DNA of 64,000 nucleotides from Mobula hypostoma (lineage: Eukaryota), in NCBI RefSeq assembly GCF_963921235.1, contig NC_086097.1, forward strand, positions 143,780,001-143,844,000, in the 5' to 3' direction. Under the pieces are notes generated by a model that was not told the DNA's origin, made no database searches, and saw only the letters and a program-made list of their open reading frames with translations. Positions 25,667 to 34,632 of the stretch are shown here, piece after piece. A program made the translations under genes and the position numbers. Within the stretch, counting starts at the first letter, position 1; each line of letters begins with the position of its first letter.

Positions 25667-27114
25667 CACAGAAGGAAGTAACAGTGCAAAAAAAAACCTT
25701 TACATTCACGGGACATTGACAGGGTGCAGAGCAGGGCTGAGAAGTGGTAGGTGGATTTCAACCTGAAAAAGTGTGAATGATTCACTTTGGAAAGTCAAAT
25801 TTGAAGGCAGAATCCAGGGTTAATGGTAGGACTTTTAGAACTGTTGAGGAACAGAGGGATCTTGGGTCCCTCAAAGTTGACAGGGTTGTTAAGAAGGTGC
25901 ATGGTGTGTTGAACTTCATTTTTCAGACTGCAGAAATGAAAGGTTGAATACATCCATAAATACTGCAGCAAGATGGTCCGGAATGTTTCCAGCAGTCTCT
26001 GATTTCCTGGGAATACTGATCAGATATTAACTGAACTGGATTTACTGTATATTCTCCAGAAGAAGTGAACTCATTGAAGCTTATACAATACCAGTGGGGT
26101 TAGACAGAGTAAATTTCAGGCTGGATGTGTCTGCTGGCAGGGATACTGTTACATAATATGGGGTCAGGCATTTAGGACAGAGAAGAGGAGAAATTTCTTC
26201 ATCTCTGGTTAGGAAGTCATTGGAATTCTATACTCAAGAGGCCTGTTTAATATTCTCATAATGAAGATTGTTTTTGGATAATAAGTGATTCAAGGGAATG
26301 GAATAGGAAAGACCATTAAAGTGGAAGATCAGCTATGATTTCAATGAATGGAGCAGCAGCCTTAAGGGCCTGAATGGATTATTCCACTTCTACTTCTTGA
26401 AAATATTTTATGTTTATTAGCTAGCCCTATTACTATTTAACTATCAAGAGCACAAACTCGGAGTTAAGCATTAGACAACAGAATGTAGAACAGTGCAGCA
26501 CTGGACAGGCATAAAGTTGTGCCAAACTAATTAAACCAATAACTCCTAACTAATGTAATTTCTAATAATGTAGCAACTCCTAATTCCTCTGAAGAATTGA
26601 AAAGTCTTGTAAAACCCCAGCCCAATTAAGGGAAAATATCTGGAAAATTCCTCCCTGGCTCCCTTGGGTAATTACAAATTTCCTTGGATGCTAAAAATGC
26701 TGCTGAACTCCCCTGAACCATTTGTTGACCTTGTTGCACATAAATTGCCTGCTGTGTTTTCAATAGTGACAGCCTTTCAAAAACAATTAATCGTTTGGAA
26801 AGCACTTTTGCCCATGCTAAGCTTATAAATGAGAACACATAAATGTAATCATTCACATGGATGTGGAGAGTGAGATAAATTAGATAGCTTTCTCACAAAG
26901 ATGGCAAAGGTGCAATAGGTTAAATATCTTCTACTGGTAAAATAAGATTTTTTGATCCTGGAACTAAATTATTACATTTTCCTGTTTTTTGCATGTTTTT
27001 CTGCCGGTGGGGGAGGGGGGATCATTGCTTTGCTGCTGTTTATGCATGGGAGGGGAGATCTGGGGGGTGCTTTGGGGTTCTAACATTTAACTGTCATTCA
27101 TTCTTTGGGGGACT

Positions 27115-27644
27115 TAGACATCCCACCTCTCCAGGAAGTTCCGGGAGTCTCCCGCATATTGATAGTGGCTCCCTGATGCCCACAAATTATATACAATATC
27201 CTGGAAATCGATTTTTTTGAGAGCGAGAGAGAGAGAGAGAGAGAGCAAGAGAGTGAGAGAGAGTGAGCGAGCGTGAGGGCGAGAGAGAGCGCCTTGGCAA
27301 AGTGTTCCAAAAAAAAGAAAATATAAAATGCACTTCACCCCAGACTACACTAAAGTGTACCCCTGCCTAATAAGGGTCAAAATAATGACAGTGTTGCTCG
27401 CTGCACTTTTAAAACAGTAACTTTTCTATTGCCCATGGTGGGTTGAGACTGTAAAAGACATGTTGAGGTGAGTTTAACAGGTGTCATTCTTTCAATAGCA
27501 TAGCTAACGTTATTTTAACTAGGGGGCTAGCTGCCAAGGAGCTACTCTATTGCAGCCATCCCACCTCTCCCAGAAGTTCCGGGAGTCTCCCGCAAATTGA
27601 TAGTGCTACCTCCCTGAAATGAGTTCTGCAGGGTGGGATGTCTG
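27115..27644. mobile_element. MITE / non-autonomous DNA transposon
   Basis: TIR AGACATCCCACC and GGTGGGATGTCT; internal direct repeat of about 48 bp (27119-27166 and 27557-27605); (GA)n tract at 27218-27290. No clear TSD. Confidence 0.7.
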
Positions 27645-28599
27645 CATTCCTCTGTTTTCGTGGATGGTTGCGAAGAAAGAGAATTTCAGGATGTATATTG
27701 GATACATTTCTCTGACATTAAACGTACCTTTGAACCTTTGAAAAGTGACAAAGACTTTGCTTGCGTCCAACCATTGTATTATACTGGAAGAATTTAAATA
27801 ACAGCTTAGCTATGAAGTTTCTGAAAGGGTCTGACACAAAGTGTACTTCTCCCTTCCTTTTTGTCCATTATGTGAATACTGTTTATGATTACCGATAGGA
27901 TTGTCAGGACCAGAGAATATTTTGATAAGCCACCAGTATTGAGTTAAACATACTAAAATAGCACGTGCAACTTGCCACATCACATTGCTTCCTGAGGAAG
28001 ACGTTGGCTTATTCATTTAAAATATTATTGAGGTTTCTTAAGGAATGGTGACAATCATTCAAGAAATGTTTATTAATTTGTAATTGGCTTGAGAGTCTCC
28101 ATATTGCCTCCAGTAATGAACGTGTTATACAGGTGAACGATTCTGGTGTATCACAGGTTGCAAGTGCTTAATATCAGTTCTTCTACGGTCAAGCGCAGCT
28201 TGAACTGAATATTGCTATGGCGTTCCAATCATGTTTAACTTCTTTCCCAAAAAGGACGCTTCATTCATAAAATAGCATAGTAGTCTCCATTCACTTTACT
28301 AGACATACTATGAGCTTTACTTACAATGTTTACAGTATGTTAACAGGCCGTTAAAGCTTTAGAGAAAAATATTCCATTAGTCGTAAATTTGAGAGGATAT
28401 TATACCCTGCAGAACCTTGGTGGTGGCAGCACCAAGTTTCAAACTATCCTTCAACATGTACACCTGCTCCTTGCGATGTCCTAGTCTGATATTTTTGCTT
28501 CATTTCTGGCCGCAGCTGAGGTTCTAGAGTACTGGAGAGTGGCTAATGTGGTACCGTTGTTTAGAAAGGGTAGCAGAAGCAAGCCTGTAAACTATAAGC

Positions 28600-28621
28600 A
28601 ACACACATCAAAGTTGCTGGT
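28600..28621 (-). mobile_element. 22-nt PLE pLTR micro-insertion
   Basis: AACACACATCAAAGTTGCTGGT between perfect copies of CTGTAAACTATAAGC (28585-28599 and 28622-28636). Confidence 0.85.
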
Positions 28622-29819
28622 CTGTAAACTATAAGCTGGTGGATCTGCCATCAGTAGTGTGTAAAACACTGGAGGGGACACTGAAGGACAGAATCTATCA
28701 ACATTTGGAGAGAAAAGGTCTGATTTAAGACAGGCAGCATTGCTCCATGTTGGAAATTGTATATGACAGTTTTTTTTTGAGTATTTGCTACAATGAGGTA
28801 TCCTAGAGGAGAGATAAGGGTCAGGCAGTGGATGTGGTCTATAAGGTTTTTTGACAAGGTGCTGGAAATCTGACATTAAAACAAGAACTACTGTCAACAC
28901 TCAAAGCGTTAGGCAGGATCTGACTAATAAGAAACAGAATTAATGTTTCAGATCAAAGACTCTTTGACAGAACTGGAAAGAGAGAAAACAAGTGACTTTT
29001 CAGTTGGTACGAAGGTAGGAGAGGAATGGGTCAGAAAAATGGGAAAAATGGCTGCAAGAAGGAATGAGGAAGAAAGGGTTGGAGTTAGAAAGAGAGCAAC
29101 GGAGAAAGGGACAGAGGGCAGAGCAGGATAGGAGATAAGGAGTGAAGAAGGAAGGAGCAAATGAGGGAAGGAAGAAAAGAGGAAGATGGTAAGGAAGGCG
29201 GCATCTTAAATGCAATAACTACAGCTAATTAGTTCAGGAAGTTCTATCACTTTTTTATTATAAGCTAATGCTGATGCACTTTATAAGGCCTCACAAACAA
29301 GAGAGAAGTGAATGACTGTTTGATCTGTTTCCGTGAGGTTGACCGAGAGATAACTTCTGGCCATTATCACTGGAAGAATTCCTCTGCTCACCTTCATAAT
29401 AGTGATGTGTGGTGTTTTTATATGTCACCCTATGAGGGGCGATGGGGGTCTGAGTCCAGGATCTCATCTGGTTGACAGCACCTTGCAGAGTGGACCACTC
29501 CCTCCACACAGCTCTGCTGCTCCCATAGTGCAGCACTCATTCTGCAGTGCACTGCTGCCTCAGTGCTCTGCCCACACTGCAGAAGTCAGTACTGAAGGTT
29601 ATGTGCTTAAAGCTCACATGTGTCACTGAATTCATAACTGCTTGATTCAAACAAGAGTGATAAGGTGCTGACAAAATAGCAGAAATAAACATTGCATATT
29701 AAAATTACCTGATGAAAACCCTACATAAAATAAAACTCTTCAATTTAGCGTTGCTTTAAGTTCTTAATTCAATAGCTTTTATACATGTCAAACAACAGTG
29801 ACTTAAGGTGGTTGAGGGG

Positions 29820-29981
29820 AAATGGTACGTAACCACATGTCGTGACTGTGCGAGGAACTTCCCAGCTGATTGGAAGTCATTGACTTCCGGATGAGTATCA
29901 TACTGCATTAAAAGGAAGAAGCCAGAGCTGAGCTCGTACCACTTCCTAGGCAGCAGGTTCACACCCAGCTTTTCAAAGAGA
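29820..29981 (+). promoter_or_regulatory. Proximal promoter of the myosin-I gene with a haematopoietic motif cluster
   Basis: AACCACA (RUNX) 29831-29837; GAGGAACT (PU.1-like) 29852-29859; CAGCTG E-box 29863-29868; GGAAGT 29872-29877; ACTTCCGG (ETS) 29883-29890; CACTTCCT (ETS) 29940-29947. All lie within 155 bp of the ATG. Confidence 0.65.
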
Positions 29982-30076
29982 ATGGCTGAGCAGGAGAGCC
30001 TGGAGTATGGCAAAGCCGACTTCGTCCTCTTGGACAATCTCACCACGGAAGACTTCCTGGCAAATTTGAAAGTGAG
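29982..30076 (+). CDS. myo1g: Unconventional myosin-I (MYO1G/MYO1D subfamily) exon 1
   Basis: [31 protein letters not shown](R); 95 nt; phase-2 donor AG|gtgagt. Typical MYO1D/G N-terminus. The symbol myo1g versus myo1d is inferred. Confidence 0.9.
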
Positions 30077-32329
30077 GTGAGTGAGGGTGGAGCCGATGGG
30101 TGAAACAAAGGGGAACTTGAAGAGAGATCAGTGTTGCTTTCCACTGGGTCAGGATGAAGTCATAGCGTACAAAATCAGGAAAGAACATGTGAGATATGTA
30201 AGAGAAGCACTGAAATGCTCTTAATACATCACATTTTAAGTCAAATCCAAAAGACAGTATGACAAGATAATGCTAAATAGGGTATGAAATTAATGACTGT
30301 AGGACAGCTAAATTTATACTTGAATGTCTACCTGGGGAAATTAGTTTCAAAGGGGAAATCCAATGGGCTTAATGATCTTTTAAATTTATAACCAAGGCAC
30401 TTAACCATAGTTACTTTACTGACTCTGAGTCAACATGCTGTTTCAAACTCCGCTCCAGAAATGTGAGAATATATTCTCATGACATGGACCATGGTGGAAT
30501 AGAGGTTAAATTACGGGACCAGGAGCTACCATTGATCCAGAGTCAAAATCCCATCCTAACAGCGGGGGACTTTAATGAAGACAGGGCAAAATCCCCTAAT
30601 TTTTACTATTTTTAATATTTGATATTTGTAATCCAGGGAGCGGGAAGCACAGAATCAAATATCGCTGTGATGATTGTACATTCTAGTATCAATTGTTTGG
30701 TGACAATAAAGTAAAAAGTATAAAGTATAAAGTATTGGTGAACAGGTTACAGGAAATGAGTGACATCATTCCATTGATTTGCTTATGTTTGACTGTAGGG
30801 TGATAATTGGCCACATTGGCTTTGTCTGTTTTTTTTTTGTGACAGCTGAGCAAACACATCTGGTCAAATTTCCTCATTGGTAGTTAGATGCCATTTGTAA
30901 CCGTACTGAAACATCTTTGCTAGAGGCATGGCTAGTTCTTGCCCACAGGCTTTCAGTGCCAAGTCAGAGATGTTGTCCACTACCATTGTAATTGTCCTAC
31001 TTTGCACTCTCAGCTGCTTATCGATAACGAGCCGTAGTGTCGTTGAGTGGCACAGCAGGGAAATGGGCCTTTCGGCCTAACAGTTGCATGCTGACAAAGA
31101 TAACCCTATTTGCTTTTATTTGACCTCTCATATCCGTGTACCTGTCCGAGTGTCTTTAAATGTTGTCACTGTACCTATCTCAACATTTCCTCTGGCAGCT
31201 CATTCCATATACGTGCCACCCTGAGTGCAAAGAAGTTGTCTGTCAGATCCCTTTAAAATCTTTCCCCTCACACCTTGAACCTATGCCCTCTAGTTTATGG
31301 GACATTTTCTCATGGAAAAAGACTGCACATTTACCTTATCTGTGCCCCACATAATCTCATACACTTCTCTAAGGACAGCCCTCAGTTTCCTATGCTCCAA
31401 TGAAAATGTCCTAGCCTCTTAACATCTCCTTCTAACATCAGACTCAGTCATGGTCCTAGTAATTTTGTTATAAATCTTCTTTGCACTCTTTTCAGCTTAA
31501 TTAAATGCTTTTTATAAAAAGGAAGTGAAAAATTTCACAATATTCCATGTTTGGCCTCACCAACATCTCGTACGACTGCAACATAATGTCCCAGCTCCAA
31601 TACTCATTGCACAACCAATGGACTCACTTTCAAGAATTATTCATCTCATGTTCTCAATACTTATTGTTTAGTTATTTATATTATTGTTTCTACTTTTCGC
31701 ATTTGCAAAGTTTGTTGTCTTCTGCACTCGTTTTGAATGCCCTAGCTGGGCAGTCCTCCATTGATTCTGGTATAGTTACTATTCTATAGATTTGTTGAGT
31801 ATGCCCACAAGAAACTGAATCTCAGGGTTGTATATGGTGACATATATGTACTTTGATAATAAAATTTACTTTGAATGCTGAACTTCAACTAATGAAGGAC
31901 AGCAAACCAGATGCCTTCTTCACCACCCCATCTGCCAGTGATGCCATATTATAGGAGTTATTAGTTGTCCTCCTCAGTCCCTCTATTCTACAACACCTCC
32001 CAGGGCTCTACTATTTACTGTGAAAGTCCTACTTTGATTTGACTTCCTAAAATTCACCATTTTGCATTTATCAGGATTGAATATCATTTGCCATTCCATG
32101 GTCCACTTCCTTAGCTGAATAAAATCTCCTGCAATTTTTACTAACCACCTTCACTGTTTATGATACCTTCTATTTTAGTGTCATCTGTAAAATTAATAAC
32201 CATACCTTGAGCATTTTCATCTCTTCTCTATATAAGCTCCACGTGGAGTGACTTGAATTAATTGAAGCAACACACATCAAAGTTGCTGGTGAACACAGCA
32301 GGCCAGGCAGCATCTCTAGGAAGAAGTGC

Positions 32330-32365
32330 AGTCGACGTTTCGGGCTGAGACCCTTCGTCAGGACT
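32330..32365 (-). ncRNA. Minimal type I hammerhead ribozyme
   Basis: Reverse complement AGTC-CTGACGA-AGGGTCTCAGCCC-GAAAC-GTC-GACT. Confidence 0.75.
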
Positions 32366-32871
32366 AACTGAAGGAAGAGTTAGTAAGAGATTTGAAAGTT
32401 GGAGGGGGAGGGGGAGATCCGAAATGATAGGAGAAGACAGGAGGGGGAGGGATGGAGCCAAGAGCTGGACAGGTGATTGGCAAAAGGGATATGAGAGGAT
32501 CATGGGACAGGAGGTCCGGGAAGAAAGACAAGGGGGGGGGGGGGACCCAGAGGTTCTCTGACTTCCGCTAATGCCCCACCTCCCCCTCGTACCCCATCTG
32601 TTACTTACTTTTATACACACATTCTTTCTCTCACTCTCCTTTTTCTCCCTCTGTCTCTCTGAATATACCCCTTGCCCATCTTCTGGGTTCCCCTGCGCCC
32701 CCCCCCGTCTTTCTTCCCGGACCTCCTGTCCCATGATCCTCTCGTATCCCCTTTTGCCTATCACCTGTCCAGCTCTCGGCTCTATCCCTCCCCCTCCTGT
32801 CTTCTCCTATCATTTTGCATCTCCCCCTCCCCCTCCAGCTTTCAAATCCCTTACTCACTCTTCCTTCAGTT

Positions 32872-32907
32872 AGTCCTGACGAAGGGTCTCGGCCTGAAAC
32901 GTCGACT
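32872..32907 (+). ncRNA. Minimal type I hammerhead ribozyme
   Basis: AGTC-CTGACGA-AGGGTCTCGGCCT-GAAAC-GTC-GACT; predicted cut after C32903. Confidence 0.8.
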
Positions 32908-34023
32908 GCACCTCTTCCTAGAGATGCTGCCTGGCCTGCTGCGTTCACCAGCAACTTTGATGTGTGTTGCTTGAATTTCCAGCATCTGCAGAATTCCTGT
33001 TGTTTGAATTATTTGAAAACTGGATTCTATTATAAGACCATAAGGGATAGGAGCAGAATGAGGTCACTCAGCCCATTGGGTCTGCTCAGCCAGCCCATCA
33101 TGGCTGATTTATTATCCCTCTCAACCTCATTCTCCTGCCTTCTTCCCATATCTTTTGTCACCTTTACTAATCCATAACCTATCAACCTCTGCATTAAATA
33201 TACCTAATGACCGGGCCTCCACAGCTGTCTGTGGCAATGATCTCCACAAATTCACCACCCTCTGGCTAAAGAAACTCCTCCTCATCTCTGTTCTAAATGG
33301 ACATATCTGTACACTGAGACTAGGCCCACTGGTCTTAGACTCACCCACTACACAAACCATCCCCTCCAAATCCACTCTGTCTAGGCCTTTCAATTTTTGA
33401 CTGGTTTCAATAAGATCCCCTCTCGTTGTTCTAAACTCCAGAGAGTACAGGCCCAGAGCCATCAAACACTCCTCATATGTTAACCCTTTCTTTCCTAGGG
33501 TAATTCTCGTGAACCTCCTCTAGACCTTCTTGAATGCCAGCGCACCCTTTCTCAGATAATGAGCCTAAAATTGCTCACAATATGTAACGTGTGGTAACAC
33601 CAATGCCTCACAAAGCCTCAGCATCACATCTTTGCTCTTATACTCCAGGTCTCCTGAAATGAATGCTAATATTGCATTTGCCTTCCTTACCACTGACTCA
33701 ACCTGCAAGTTAGCCTTTAGGGAGTCCTGCACAAGGACTCCAAGACCCATTTGCACCTCTGATTTTTGAACTTACTCCATTTAGAAAATAGTCTAAGTCT
33801 TAATTCCTTCTATCAAAGTGGATGACCGTACACTGTATTCCATCTGCCATTTCTTTGCCCATTCTCCCAATTTACCCAAGTTCTTCTGTGGACTCCCTGA
33901 TTCCTCAACAATACTTGGTCCTCCACCTGTCTTTGTATCACCTGCAAATTTCACCACAATGCCATCAATTCCATCATTCAAATTGTCCAAGTCTTTGCCT
34001 CCTGCCAGTAAGCCAATCTTTTA

Positions 34024-34632
34024 TTGTATGGTCTGACACCAGTAGAGAAACGGTTATTGGTGAACTCACAGTCCCCTGGGAAGACAACATCGATGAAGCC
34101 CATGAGCACAAGTTAACCAAGTATGCAGAGTTAAGATCAGAGTGCAGAGACAGAGGGTGGAAGGTCTCATGCTATCCATTTGAAGTAGGCTGCCGTGGCT
34201 TTATTGCGTTCACTCTCCAGAAGTGGCTGCGTGACCTTGGCTTCACTAGAAGAGAGATCAAGTCAACCAGAAGGGCTGTAGCTGAGGCAGCAGAGAAAAG
34301 ATCAGCATGGGTGTGGACTAAGTATGTCCAGAGGGGCAGATAGTCAGACAGTGTATACACATCTTGCAAACCCTTCAGTAGTTGCATAGACACCTGAAGA
34401 GTCGACTATCTGTTGGATGGAAGTGACCAACAACTCTGATAGAGGCAGATGCCAAGTTTTTAAGCTCACCAGTGGGAGGTGGTGCTTTATCACTGCTGGC
34501 CCACCACCTCGAGGGAGTCTTGATCATAAGCGGACCGAAACTCCTGAAGACAGGTGGCAGATCAGCTGATGATCCCACTGGTGATAGCACAGGACAGTTA
34601 ATATCTTAGTCCACGTGTATTTTGTAACTCTT
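34024..34632 (+). mobile_element. 5'-truncated RLE-type non-LTR retrotransposon (Hero-like) inserted in CR1
   Basis: IVWSDTSRETVIGELTVPWEDNIDEAHEHKLTKYAELRSECRDRGWKVSCYPFEVGCRGF...AEAAEKRSAWVW is a restriction-like endonuclease C-terminus (stop at 34343) followed by a 3'UTR. The host CR1 sequence resumes at tatccatgc. Confidence 0.85.
34504..34576 (+). ncRNA. Putative non-circularly permuted hammerhead ribozyme
   Basis: GGAG-TC (34514-34519), TTGATC (34520-34525), GGACC-GAAAC-TCC (34532-34544) and GATCAG-CTGATGA-TCC (34560-34575). Stems I and III pair fully; stem II is weak. Confidence 0.65.

Larger units (their letters stand above)
8237..28460 (-). pseudogene. Candidate decayed multi-exon gene of unknown identity
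   Basis: Minus-strand acceptors precede 21493, 17962 and 8494; donors follow 19715 and 17768, with phase-0 joins at the last two junctions. Translations look protein-like but carry scattered stops and TE insertions. The extension to 23640-28460 rests only on coding-like unique sequence. Confidence 0.4.
32267..33006. mobile_element. Large PLE foldback (inverted pLTR, ORF end and pLTR) in myosin intron 1
   Basis: Arms of about 290 bp (about 32265-32552 and 32682-32972); the spacer begins with the ORF end FSDFR*; TSD aatta(a/t)ttgaa at 32256-32266 and 33007-33017. Confidence 0.88.

Noticed and set aside
33822..34343. 173-aa standalone nuclease gene
   Set aside because: It is a chimeric ORF: antisense CR1 sequence fused to a 5'-truncated retrotransposon RLE domain that lacks the PD motif.
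34380..34455. Second hammerhead near CTGAAGA at about 34394
   Set aside because: I could find no matching GAAA segment or consistent stems.
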